DNA from: Octopus sinensis
Lineage: Eukaryota
Length of the DNA stretch: 64,000 nucleotides
Assembly (NCBI RefSeq): GCF_006345805.1
Contig: NC_043002.1
Span: 48,732,001 to 48,796,000 of the forward strand
Direction of reading: 5' to 3'
The position numbers were made by a program, and so were the translations under genes. This document shows, one piece after another, positions 39,591 through 54,040 of the stretch. How positions within the stretch are numbered: position 1 is the first letter of the stretch; each line of letters begins with the position of its first letter. The notes under the pieces are model-generated. The model ran no database searches, was not told the origin of the DNA, and saw only the letters and a program-made list of their open reading frames with translations.

Positions 39591-40760
39591 GTCATCCCAA
39601 CTTATTCTTAGTGCAAGTTTTGAAGAGTGCAGTTCGATTTTAACATTATTTTTTCAAAGCTATAATGGAAGTGACAAAGGCGCATATTTGGTATATTTTG
39701 CTTTATGAGTTTAATAAAGGCAACAACACAATGGTAAGTGTGAGGAATATTAATTCAGTATATGTGGATCAGACAATAAGTGTAAGCCAGTGTCAATGGT
39801 GGTTCCAGAAATTCTGAACCAGAGACTACAGCCTAGAAGATGAGCCTCATCCTGGAAGATCAGTAAAGCTCAATGAGGATGTCCTGCAAACCCTGGTGGA
39901 ACAAAATCCCAGTGTAACTGTTGAGGAACTAGCAAAGAAAGCTGTATTTGGTCATTCAACCCTTCATCGACACCTGCATGCCATCAGGGAAGTCAGCAAA
40001 TTGGGTCAATGGGTTCCTCACAAACTTTCCGAGTCTTATTACAGAGAGAGAGAGAGAGAGAGAGTGAATATGTGCTCTTCTTTGCTGTCACGTCTCATGA
40101 ATGAAACTTTATTGGACTGAATAGTGACTGGTGACAAGAAATGAGTTCTCTATAAAAATGTCAAGTGATGAAGACAGTGGGTAGGGAAAGGGGAAACACC
40201 AACACCCCAAGCTAAAGGAGGTCTTCACCCATGTAAGGTGTTGTTATCTGTTTGGTGGGATATGAAAGGTTTTGTCCACTTTGATCTTTTAAACCAAACC
40301 AAACGATAACAAAGGAAATCTACAGTGAGCAGATTGAGCAGCTTAAGTCAGTGCTGGAAGAAAAACGACCGTCTTTGGTTTCAATACAAAAGGTGTTTCC
40401 CATCAGGATTGTGCTCGGCCACATACAGTGAGGATGACATTCCAAAGGCTGGAGCAGTTTGAATGGAAACGATGCCCCACCCACCATATTCGCTGGACAT
40501 TGCTGCATCTGATTATTATTTATTCTGAAGTAATCAAAATCATTATAATGGAAAAAATATGAATTCTGTAGATGAGGTCAGAACAGTACTGGGAGACTAT
40601 TTTTTGACAAGGACAAGTGAATTTTGGAAGAGGGGCTTTGCAAGTCTACTAGATAGATGGAAGAGCATTGTAGAAAATGAAGGAGAGTATATTTTAGCTT
40701 AATTTTGAAAAATATAAAGGAAGTATAAAAAAACCCCACATTATCTATGGGATGACCCAA
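39587..40760 (+). mobile_element. degenerate mariner transposon, second family
   Basis: TIRs ttgggtcatccca / tgggatgacccaa with TA on both sides. Fragments GQWVPHKL, VTGDKK, YSLDIAASDYYLF; disrupted. Confidence 0.9.
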
Positions 40761-40823
40761 TATAAAAATAAATAATAATGAAATTATTGTATACAGTGCT
40801 CAGGTGCACCACATATATATGTA

Positions 40824-40875
<52 letters not shown>

Positions 40876-42200
40876 TATACACACACACACACATATATAT
40901 ATATAGTCACTTATAAATGAAAAGGCATCATTTATGAATCACTGCAAACATGCAATTTTAGATACACATTTGCATGAATGCATCAACACACACTTTGTTG
41001 CATGCACAGTACACACACACACACACACACTCTCTCTCTCAGCTATATACAATACATGCACACAGAAGCAGAACACTATTTGTGCTGCAACTCTCACTGT
41101 ACATTTATCTATTTATCTACATTTATATTTATTTCATTTTGTTGGTGGACATCACACATAAAGAAATCTATTGCTGCCTATATATAGCTGTAAGCTAGTT
41201 TTATACATATTCTGCTTTGTATGCAGGAGGTGGTGCAATGTGGCACTTCTTACTCATTTCAATTCAGCTAATTTCCTCGTAAGTTATATACAGGTGTGTG
41301 TGTATGCATGTGTGTGTGTGTAGATATTACATATACATATATACAATATATATATACATACATAAATGTATGTATAGATTTATGTATATACACACAGACA
41401 GACAGACAGACACATACACACACACATAAATACATGCACAAACACAGATATAAACACACGCACACACATATATACATACATGTAAATACACACACACACA
41501 TATATATATACATACATATAAATACACACACACATATATCATCATCATCATCATCATCATCGTTTAACGTCCGTTTTCCGCGCTAGCACATACATACATA
41601 TAAATACACACATATATATACATACACACACATGTATATAGATACATATAAATACACACACACATATATATACATACACACACATGTATATAGATACATA
41701 TAAATACACACACACATATATATACATATATACACATATGCAAACACAAACATACATATATGTGTGTGTGTATATATATATCTGCATTAATGTATATTTG
41801 TGTGTGTGCATTTGAGTAATGTTTTTCCCATTTTTTGTTTGTGTCTGTGGACAACGATCTAACCATTCGTCACCCTTAAATGATAAACTAATGAACGGCC
41901 GGTAGCAGTCATTTGAGACCATTTCTCCCATGAGACAGGCAATAACTGTCTCAATTTATCTGAGTATGTGTATCAATTCAGGAACAAACGTGAACCGACT
42001 ACTGATGAGATGGCGAATAGTCAAGTAGATGTTGTCTCCCTTTGTGCATTCACTGAAATTAGCCTAAACCTTTCAGTTGCTTGCTCTGCTCATTCTGCTT
42101 TGCTGCAGTTGGGAGGGCTGTTTGTATAGTATTTGTTAACAGTTTAGTCATCAGCAGCAATTTCTCTCGTTCACTCACCTTCATACTATCTCAGCTATGG

Positions 42201-42232
<32 letters not shown>

Positions 42233-42235
42233 GAA

Positions 42236-42268
<33 letters not shown>

Positions 42269-43589
42269 GCCTGTTTGCCTGGCCATCGAGGTAACAGCAT
42301 ACAAAGTGCATTGTGACCAGTGATATATAACAAATTCTGATAGTCTGGTTGATCACGCAATACATACAAACATGCTTTGACTGGCGTCATTTTGTATCAT
42401 CTTTTTACCATTTACTTTCTTCAGTCATTAGACTGTGGCCATGCTGGGGCACCACCTTGAAAAATTTTTAGTTGAATGAATCAACCCAGTACTTTTTTTT
42501 TTTAGATCAGTACTTACTCTATCAGTTCTCTTTTGCTGAACTGTTAAGTTACGGGGATGTAAACGCACTGACACTGGTTAAGTGGCGGTGGGGGACAAAC
42601 ACACACACACACACAAACAACAAGCTTCTTTCAGTCTCCATCTACCAAATACACTCGCAAGGCTTTGGTTAACCAGCAGAAAAAAGTTCTCCAAGATGTC
42701 AAGGGTTCAGTCCCATGCAGTAGACCGAACCTGGAACCATGTAGTTGGGAAGCAAACTTTTTATCATACAGACCCCTCTGCACTTACACCGTTTTGATAA
42801 ATGGTTTTTGTTTTTAAAGAAATTGATGGAAAAAATAATCCTCAACTTTAGTTGATTTATCCGACATCATGTTGGTCTCATCAAACAGTTTTAGAACATA
42901 AAAATCAAGAAAAACACCCCCCAAAACCCATTATTGGAATGGAAAATCAAATCAAATAAATGAAAATAGCTACAAACCATTTTTTGCACATTAAGTTATA
43001 TGACTTGGAACCAATTACTGACATTAGTAGAGGTACGCATGCACGCATGCTCACTCATTCATTATCAGATAGTGGTCCGTAAGTGAGAAGAAAAAGTACT
43101 GAATATAAGAAATAAAGCAATTATAATTTTGTATTGTTGAACAGAATATTTACCAGTAATATACTGCTTGTCTGCTAAGGTGGCGAGCTGGCAGAAACGT
43201 TAGAATACCAGGTGAAATGCTTAGCGGTATTTTGTCTGTTTTTATGTTCTGAGTTCAAATTCCACCGAAGTTGACTTTGCCTTTCAGAGTTGATAAATTA
43301 AGTACTAGCTGCATACTGGGGTTTATCTAATTGACTGGCCCCCTCCCACAAAAAATTTTTGGCCTTGTGCCTAGAGTAGAAAAGAATATACTACTTATCT
43401 GCTGGGTGGTAAGAAGTTTTGCTTCCCAATCATATGGTGCCAAATTCAGTCCTACTATGTGGCACCTTGGGCAAGTGTCTTTTACTATAGCCCTTGGGCT
43501 GACCAAAGCCTTGTGAGTGGACTTGGTAGCTGGAAACTGAAAGAAGCCTGTCGTGTATGCATGTATAAATATATATGTGTGTGTGTGTA

Positions 43590-43624
<35 letters not shown>

Positions 43625-44630
43625 TCATCATCATCATCATCTTCATTTAACGTCCGCTTTCCATGCTAGCATGGGTTGGACATATATATATATATATATG
43701 TATGTATGTATGTACATATCTATGTGTATGTGTCTGTATTTGTCCACCACCACAACCATCACTACTATCACCACCACCACCTGACAACTGGTGTTGGTGT
43801 GTTTACATCCCCATAACTTAGCAGTTCAACAAAAGTGAGCAATAGAACAAATACCAAGCTTTAAAAAATAAGTACTGGGGTTGAGTCATTTAACTAAAAA
43901 TTCTTTAAAGAGGTGTTCCAGCATGGCCACTGTATAATAACTAACTCAAACTAGTAAAAGATGTAAAACAAAAGATATATCTATGTATTATTTTATTCTT
44001 TTACTTCTTTCAGTCATTTGACTGTGGCCATGCTGGAGTACTGCCTTAAAGGGTTTTAGTTGAAGAAATTGACCCCAGGACTTATTCTTTGTAAGCATAA
44101 TACTTATTCTATTGGTCTGTTTTGCCAAACTACTAAGTTATGGGACTTAAACACACCAGCATTGCTTGTCAAGTGATGATGGGGGGACAAACACAGGCAC
44201 ATAATATATATATTTATATATATATATATATTTGTATATATATATATATATATATATATATTGATAGAAATGGTAAGACAACAAAAGAATGAAAGAGACC
44301 TCGATTTTATGTAAATAGAGGAATTTATCTGTAAATGTAATATGTGACAATTATTCGAAGAGATGGCCGCGTGGATTTCCACCCCGACATCTGTAACTCA
44401 GAGTTTTATCATGGCTACTGAATAATTGTCACACATATATATATTTATATATACACAACAGGCCTCTTTCAGTTTCCGTCTACCAAATTCCCTCACAAGG
44501 CTTTGGTCAGCCCTAGGCTATAGTAGAAGACACTTGCCCAAAGTGTCATGCAGTTGGACTGAACATGGAACCATATGGTTGGGAAGTAAGCTTCTTACCA
44601 TGCAGTCATGCCTGCGCATAAAATATGTGT

Positions 44631-44945
44631 ATATCACGGTGATCACTGTGACCGACCAGGCTATCAGATGTTGCTACACATCACTGGTCACAACGTGCTT
44701 TGCATTGTTTAAGCCTTCAAATGACTCCACCCTGCTGGCTAAGCGAGTAGGCCAACAGAAGAAAGAGTGAGAGAAAGTTGTGGTGAAAGAGTACAGCAGG
44801 GATTGCCCCCCCATCCCTGCTGGAGCCTCGTGGAGCTTTAGGTATTTTCACTCAATAAACACTTACAACGCCCGGTCTGGGAATTGAAACCACAATCCTA
44901 CAACCACGAATCCACTGCCCTAACCAATGGGCCATTGTGCCTCCA
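44631..44945 (-). mobile_element. tRNA-derived SINE sharing its 5' part with the 30734 SINE but with a different 3' tail
   Basis: Reverse complement aligns to 30736-30930 up to ...TTCTGTTG, then switches to a GGCCTACTCGCTTAGCC...GTGATCACCGTGAT tail. Confidence 0.85.
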
Positions 44946-44952
44946 AATATGC

Positions 44953-45035
<83 letters not shown>

Positions 45036-45138
45036 CTGCTCGCTTAGCCAGCGGGGTGGCATCATTTAAAGGCTAAAACAATGCGAAACGCATTGTGACC
45101 AGCGATGTGTAGCAACATCTGATGTCACGGTGATCACG

Positions 45139-45179
<41 letters not shown>

Positions 45180-46111
45180 AAGCACATAAATGTGAAACAA
45201 GGTGGGAAAAAATAGTTCTCAAATACCAGCATGCCTGACAAACAGGAATGTAAAACTCTGAGTAGTAATTTTTTGTGATGCTTTTGCAGCTTTAATAATA
45301 AAGTATATATATATATATATATAATGTTTTCTATCGTTCTTTCTGACCATACCTCTGTAATTTTTATGTCAGTATGGATTCATACTTAACTGTGTTACTT
45401 GAGTGTTGTATATGTATTCCTATGTCATTTCATGAGCCTGCTTTGAATATATGCATACATTTCTCTTACACAGACACAGACACACACACATACACACACA
45501 CACACACACATACACACACACATTTTCATTCATACATACATAAATACACATATACACTGTCAAGACAGGGACAACTTATGAATGAAAATTCTCTCTCTTG
45601 TGTGTGTGTATGGGTGTATGTGTATGTATCGTAGAATGGTGGTAAATTCTTAGCACGTCGAAACAGGTCTGATTCCGAGTTGAACCATTGTGTTTCATTT
45701 ATTCCACAAACCTGTAATTTCTGCTCATTGTCATTATGAATTAGTATTTTGTGAAACTCATACCTGATATATAAGGATATTTGCATTTCAAAGTTGCCAG
45801 TAATATTTTTATCATTTAGTATACATATATATACTCACACACACACACACAAATATAAATACACATATGTATATATTTACATATGTTTACATGTATGTAC
45901 ATACACATGTGTGTATGTATGTATACATATACATATATATATATACATACACATATATGTATATATCTATACATATATATATATGTAATATGTATACATA
46001 TCTATTCATATATGTAGACACACACACATATATATACACACCTATAATACATACATACATACATACATACATACATACATACATACATACATACATACAT
46101 ACATACATACA

Positions 46112-46333
46112 CATATAAATACAGTGTACATTTAAACACATAAGAGGTATCTGTCATAGGATTCCTGGCATGCTAGAAGGAACAGCCAAAGTCCAAACCA
46201 CTATTAGGGATAAAACTTCCCTTTGAACTTTTATTCTTAATAGTGGTTTGGACTTTGGCTGTTCCTTCTAGCGTGCCAGGAATCCTATGACGGATACCTC
46301 TTATGTGTTTAAATGTACACTGTATTTTATATG
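46112..46333. repeat. long inverted repeat: about 104-bp arms, 13-nt loop
   Basis: 46112-46215 versus 46229-46333: four G.T mismatches and one 1-nt indel. Confidence 0.95.
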
Positions 46334-49300
46334 AATAATATATAGTCTATTGACTAATTTTTCTACATGCTATGCCACTGGTAGTAAAAATTTCTAAAAT
46401 CTTTATTACCCCGACATTATTAATTATATATCTATACATATATATATTAAACAACACATTTTTTTTCATTAGCCTTATAGCTTAGATTTCAGAATGGCAA
46501 ATGCTTAGCAGATTTCAGTTTTTTAAAACTGTTCACTCAAACATTTGATTGTTAGCAGCAAAACTTGTGTATTACAGGAACAAGTTGAGCTGAAATAATA
46601 TATACATGTGGTTTTATTACTGTCATATATTCAAATGACAGTCCATACTTTTTCATAATTAATGTAGTTGTAATAGAAATGTACAAAAAAGATGTCTATA
46701 AATGCTAAGTTTATAATGGGAGCTGAAAAAGAGAAATCACGTTATCTTTTTCAAAATGACAAACGTTGCAAGGTTCATGAACTATTATAAGCAACATACT
46801 TCTATTCAGTGATATTTTAAGGCAAGGACATACTAGGTGGTTATGGCTGGGGTCCTCAGGAGTCTAGGGGCCAACCCTGGCCTATGTATGTTGTAGTTTG
46901 CTGTCAATCAATAAATACTATAGGGCCCAGTGCAATGATCTACATGAAGTCTTATAATACTGCAAAGATGGTCCTGCTTCTGCTATGGTAAACAGAATAT
47001 GGAACAAACTTGACCAATATTCTGTGTGAGCTCTGTGGAACTGCTGAAATACTTGTTTTTTTTTGTTGTTTTTTTTTTGTGGAAATGGTATAGAACCCCT
47101 ATATCCACTTAATCAGCCCTGTATTCATTTCCTATTGGTAATATTAAACTAATGAAGGCAGTGAGCTGGCAGAATTATTAGCATACTGGGAAAAATGCTA
47201 AGCAGCATTTTATCCATCTTTATGTTCTGAGTTCAGATTCTGCTGAGGTCTACTTTGCTTTTTTATCCTTTTGGGAGTCAATAAAATAAGTACCAGTTGA
47301 GGAGTGGGATTGATATAAACGAATTAACCCCTACCCCAAAATTGCTGGCCTTGTGCCAAAATTTAAAACCCGGATTGTGCTGTCTAACGACTTCTCTTAT
47401 TAATTCTAGTTGTTAGCAAATAGAAACTGAGGTTAGCATGGTATTTTAAGTATGACTAAATATGTGAATTTATAATAGGTTATAGTAAATTGCAAATATT
47501 TACAATAAATAAATAACAAAACTAGCAATGAATAAATTTATTATAACATTCATTCATATTATTTCATGTTCAGTGTTGTACATATTATACATACCATGGC
47601 AAGTGAGTGAAGAAAATTAAATAATTGGGAACTAATTCAATTCTGAAATACCAGGTTTTGCTATGTCCCTTGTCACATTGTGAATACACACATGCATGCA
47701 CATGCACTAACACACATTTGAAACAAGAAGCATAGTTCAGAAGGGCTAAAGTTAATTGTGCACTTGTTTAGCTGAACATCTGGAGCATGAGGGAAGCACT
47801 TTTGAGATGCTGATAAATTATTAGAATGTTTTGCATATTCAGTAAATTTAGAATGATATAAAACATGGTACAGTAAGATCAGTAAACAAATTCTAAAAAC
47901 TAAAACTAAAAAAACAACAACAAAAAAGAGCTTGTTAGTGAATTATTAAATTTTTGTGGGACAATAAAACCACTTTGAACATCTTCCTGAAAAATTTATT
48001 GCCAAAACGAATGAACATCGAAACATTTTTAGATTGATATGAAACATTACTGGATTTATCTGATTTGACTAATGTACAAATATAATGGTTTCAAATGTTG
48101 CCACAAGAGCAGCAATTTGGGGGAAGGGGATGAGTCAATTACATTGACCCCCAGTGTTCAACTAGTACTTATTTTATCGACCCTGATTGGATGAAAGGTA
48201 AAGTCAACCTCAGCGGAATTTGAATTCAGAATGTAGTGATGGGCAAAATACCTATTTCTTTACTACCCACAAGGGGCTAAACACAGAGGGGACAAACAAG
48301 GACAGACAAAAGGATTAAGTCGATTAAATTGACCCCAGTGCGTAATTGGCACTTAATTTATCGACCCCAAAATGATGAAAGGCAAAGTTGACCTTGGCGG
48401 AATTTGAACTCAGAAAGTAACAGCAGACGAAATACGGCTACGCATTTCGCTCAGCGTGCTAACGTTTCTGCCAGGTCACCACCTTAAATACTGTTAGGCA
48501 TTTTGATGGGCAAAATACAGTTAGGCATTTTGTCCAGCATGCTAATGATTCTGCCAGCTCACCTTATGTACAAATATAATAATGATTATTATTATTTCTG
48601 TGTTTGTTTTGATATTAAGATTGAAAAAATTGCCTTGTTTGCAAAAAAAATTTTTAACCTGAGTTTGCACCTCCTAAGCAAGTTTTATTTCCACACTTAT
48701 GCAACAATTCTGATTCTATTTTCAATTATAGTCTCAAGGCGGTGAACTAACAGCATTGTGTTAGTGTGTTGGTCAAAATGTTTTGCTGCATTTCTTCCAA
48801 CTCTTTATGTTTTGAGTTCAAATCCTGTAAAGGTCAACTTTGTCTTTCATCTTTTTGGGTTTGATAACATAAGTACAAGTTCAGTACTGGAGATCAAAGA
48901 TTTTGACTTCCCCTCAAAATTGCTGGCCTGATGCCCATATTAGAAAGAATTATTAATCTTTATAATTTTATTCACATCCAGGATGCACTAAAAGAATATG
49001 TATAAATATTAAAGTTGTTGACTTTAAGTTAACTTTGAAAGAAGAGTTGTTTGAAACCCAGCAAAACAAAAACAAGAGCTGTTCAAGTATGGTTGAAACC
49101 AGCATAGGGTCAATAGCTTCCTAGTTATATTGCAAGGGAATGCACTATAAAACCATTGGGAATGGTGAATAGCTGTGTGCTCATTAGACATGATCATCCT
49201 GAATAAGATCCTGTTAGTTTAAGCCAATATAATTTTTGATCTGCAACCATTTGTTATGCTCAATGATTTTAGTATTTAATTTGCTACATGTGACTTTATG

Positions 49301-50244
49301 GCAAGTCAACCAAAGTGATATGGTTCTGTACAAGCCACACTTCCTTTTATTAACTGATATCTTAGATCTTATCAATGCACAAGTGTAGCCTATTAACATA
49401 GATATTGCTTTGCTATTCATTAACAAGCAATAGTCATACTCATTATCAGGTCTGGAAATATATCCCCAATGCATTTGGGGCAACAGTACTTTCGCAGACA
49501 TATCTGTTGTACATCAACTTCAGTTATTTCTTTGCACTCTTGACTCTATTTGCTGGTGAACGAAAGGTCAGACTGCAGGGTTCTGCCATCATGTGATGGC
49601 AAGTGAGTGCAAAAAATTAAATAATTGGGAACTAATTCAATTCTGAAATACCAGGTTTTGCAATGTCCCTTATCATATTGTGAATACATACATGCATGCA
49701 CATGCACTAACACACATAACTAGTTGATAGTTCTAAACGAGTATCACCATCATGGAAGTGATGATTTTATTTAGTTTTCCATGGTAAACATATCTGGCCA
49801 TGGGAAATATTACTTTACTTTGAAATGAGTGAGAATTGTAACAGGAAAGACATTCAACCATAGAAAATCTGCTTCAACAAATTCTGTCTGACCCATGCAA
49901 GCATGGAAAAGTGGATGATGATGATGATGATGGTGTTGATGTAGTAGTGGTAGTAGTAGTAGTAGTAGTAGTATTAGTATTAGTAGTAGTAGTAGTAGTA
50001 GAACATATTTGCAGTGACTAGCCCTTTTGGTACCAACCTACCTGAGTCTGTTTTGAAGTGATTTAATGTAAAACCTTCCATCAAAAATTTATGTTAATTT
50101 ATGTTCTAAACACCAAAGAAATAATAACAAAATTATTTTACTAAATTGTTCATATTTTCAAAATTAATTGAAAGACTGGTGATGCAATTTCAATTGAAAT
50201 TTAATAACAAAAGGGCTAAAGAAGCTCAGTTCTTTGGCTGGAAT

Positions 50245-50405
50245 CACTAGCGTAGCTGAGAGAGAGGATGATGGTGGTAGAGGCAGCACTTTTAAAGGGG
50301 TCACTTTTGGGTCTGCTATAGGCAATATGTGTTTTATGTGGGGTCCAGGGGCAGCAAATGGAAGGTCTGCCCCGGGCAGCACACACTGTAGCTATGTTAG
50401 TAGTT
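50245..50405. mobile_element. old short TIR element (hAT-like MITE?)
   Basis: Degenerate termini cactagcgtagct / agctatgttagta; no clear TSD. Confidence 0.35.
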
Positions 50406-51943
50406 AGAATCTGATCAAGACTGGTGATGGGGTTTGAGTTCTAGCAATATTATTATGATAACCTTTATTTTGAAGAATTGGATAATTGCCTTGATTATTT
50501 GCATAATTTTTTTTTAAATAGCTGCATGGGTTTTCAAACATTTACCAAACAACAATAGAATAAGAATAGTATTTATTTTTAGTTTGGTTAACTGGAACAA
50601 ATAGTATATTTAGTCTAGAATTGCACTGGAATTTCATTAACAATTTTCCTGTTATATCTTTCACAATTCAGTGATTACAGATACAAAAAAATTATAGATC
50701 TATTTATGAGTAAAGAACTAAATGGAAGTCCTCTCTTCCTGACAAATGAAGAGGGATTTCTTCGAATAAGTCATTGATATAGTACTTGTCTATGGTGTGG
50801 AAGAGTTGCATTGGTTTGGGCATATTTCCCAACTGGATAGATAGACTATGTGTAATGAAAGTAGATTGCTATTGTTATTTAAACCTAAATCGGCTCTGAA
50901 CAGGTAGACCTGCTTCTAATGGTCTTTTTGTCAGGTTTAACCCCTTTTGACCCCATTTCTAATGAAAAACACTACTTGGGTTTTTCAATTAATTCTGAAA
51001 ATATCAAGAATTTGGAACAATTTACTAGAATGAATAACTTTTTTTATTTAGATAGTGTTTGGATCAAAATTTAGCAAAGTATTCTAAGTTAAAATTTTAA
51101 TGGAAGGTTTTAATTTAAATATGAACACTTTAAAAATTAGAGGTTTTGTACTGTAAATCAGAGATGGTTTCAGAGGGTTGGTATCAAAAGTAATCCATTC
51201 TTCTTTAAGATGGCTGGGTGGGATTTAAGGAAAGGTTGGGTACTATTTCTAGTGGATTGAGCAACTACATAGAAGCTCCCTCATTGCTAGTGAAATGGTA
51301 ATTAGTTAGAAGCTTTAAAAAAGTAGTGGATGTGTGGTTTGGAAAGATGGCCTGGCAAATGTGTGGTAAGGGAAGAATTATATGTTGAAATAGTTAATCA
51401 AATGGAAGTTAAAGTCAACTAAAAGAAAATAAAAGAAACATAAACAACAAAAATACAAAAGATGGGAATAAATAAGAAAAGAAAAAAAAATCAAGACACA
51501 ATCTATTGCCTTTGTTACTGTTGTTGCTATTGTGGTCACTCATTTATTTTGTGTGGTTCAGATTTCATCCAAGAGAGAATAAAGACAAGTCCTTGACTGT
51601 AGTAAACCACTTACACGGCATTTAATATTGTTGTTAAAAATCTAAATAATTGTATGGAGTTGGTGGTCTTGTGGATATCAGGTGAACAAGGTAAGAAAAA
51701 AAAAATTTAGTTTGGTCTTCTTCTTCTTCCTCGTATTTTCTCTCTGATTTAGACAAAATAATTTCAATACCACAATAACTGAAGTGTTCTCTGAAGTATT
51801 TTGCTCTTATTGCTGTTGCTTAGCCTAAGTCAGCCTTAAATGAGCAAGTCTATGGATATATATAATCATCATGTCATTCCTTAAATACACACACACACAC
51901 ACACATGCGTGCACACACACACGCGCACACACGCATGCACACA

Positions 51944-51976
<33 letters not shown>

Positions 51977-54007
51977 GTATATGACGGGTTTCTTTCAGTT
52001 TCTGTCTTCCAAATCCACTCACAATTCATTAAAACAAATTATTGTATTTCTTATCAGTGCAAAATTATCCCTTACAATTCAATTAAAAGATGACCACAAA
52101 CAAGTACAGGTACAACCTTTCTTCAAGTGTTGTATGTTTTGTGAAATTATTATTTACATGGTATTATATTTGTTGTTACAATGAAGTTGTTGTTGGTTTG
52201 GCCCTGATCAGTCCTGGATGAACAGACTTTTTTCCAAGAATGTTGAAATTCTTTGAGAATCTGGAGGTTTATTCAACCAGAGGGGGGAATCTGGTAAGTA
52301 CTTGTATAATGTAAAATTGATAGCAGGAAATAAATTACTTAAAAATATCAGTGAAACAAAAAAATAAAAGTAAAAATATATAGAAGTAAGAAAAAAAATG
52401 AAACAAAAACTGTTTAATTCTCTTTGAAATTCTAGTAACTTACCAGGAAATGGAAGTCCTTCACATGAAATAAAAAAAGCTTTAATGAATTAGTGACAAC
52501 TGTAGTGACACTTCAGTATTGCCACATTTGTCTACCATCTTTTTTTACAGCTCAGTCAACGAGGGCTGTATTACACAAGCCAAGGTAAATAATGTTGCAG
52601 ACATTGGAATCGAGTATGTGTGAATGTATTTAAATTAGTATTTGTGTGTGATATGTGTATGAAAGAAAGGGACACACACACACACACACATGCATCCACT
52701 CACAAAGAGAGAAATAGAGAGAGTTGGGGGTACAGGCAGAACAGTTATGTACTAAGAAGAATAAATAAAGGGAGAGAGAGAGAGGCAGAACAGCTGCGAT
52801 GTAGAGGCATGGCATGACAAACACCATAGTTAATGAGTAATGGCCATGTGCCAAGCTAATGAATAACATTCAGTAAACCATTGTAAGCAGAAAGATCTGG
52901 GATAACATTGATGTTTCTGTGTCTAAAGAGGTAATAGCGGAAATGTGTGATCATTGAGTTCATACTGAATGGAAATTAGCTGTGAAGCCACTGTCCAGCT
53001 AAACTGCAGATGAGAACTTTCAGGTGGCATTGGTATCTGTTACTGACAATGTAAACTTACCATTACAATAGCATGGATGAAAGAAGATCTGAGCAGATAG
53101 AGTAAAGAAGCTTTGTTGTTGACAATATTTTAAGTTGAAGTATTATCTAATAGATTTAAGGTAGTAGGGGAAGGGAAATGAATGAGGATATAGGTGCCTT
53201 CAGTTTGATGAACTGGTTCTCTCAACATCTGTTTTCAACAGTAAAAAGAAAATTCTTACAGTTTGTGCTGTTTCTGCTTCAAATTTAATAAACTTTTAGG
53301 TTTCAGTTTTCTTCAGATTCTTCTTTCAGCAATAGCTAAACGATCTTATACAATTCAACCTTTATTGTAATTATACTGCAGGATAAGATTCAAATTCAAT
53401 TTATTAATATATTTAAATGGATAACATAAGTGAAACATCTCAGTGAGGAAAATAAATGTCAGACTGACAAACTTTGTAGAAGAAAACCTACAGCTGGGTT
53501 TGAAAGTAATACCCTGCCAAAAACAGTACTCTGTTATCATTTATAATGTCTTTTATAAATTAGACCTACCCCATCCCCACTCATACAATAGATTGTCCAC
53601 TATTGGCTTTGATGGTGAAAATTCAGCTGTTTGATCAACTGAATTACCTGTTTATTGAATCAACATGTAAGTGGCTGAGTATACCATAAACACAGATATT
53701 GTCAATGGAATTTTTAAGCAGAATCAGCATGACCCAGTGCATGAAAAGGTTGTGCCTTTTAGAATTACAAACACAGTCTGCTGAACAGGCTTCTTACAGT
53801 TACCATTTACTCAGTTTCACTTACAAGGTAAGGGTCAACCTGAAAACAGAAAAAGATGCTTTCTCAAGATGACATGCAGTGGGATCAAACCTAGGGCCTC
53901 ATGGTTGCAACATGAATCTCTTAACCATTCAATAATACTGCACCTTCATATATATATATTGGCTAAACTGGCAAAATGACCATTCCGAAATATAACAATA
54001 TATATAT

Positions 54008-54038
<31 letters not shown>

Positions 54039-54040
<2 letters not shown>

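Noticed and set aside
41995-42022. CTGATGA...GAAT hammerhead-like string
   Set aside because: GAAU instead of GAAA, no stem II, and the flanks pair with each other (GACTA/TAGTC), which is the wrong topology.
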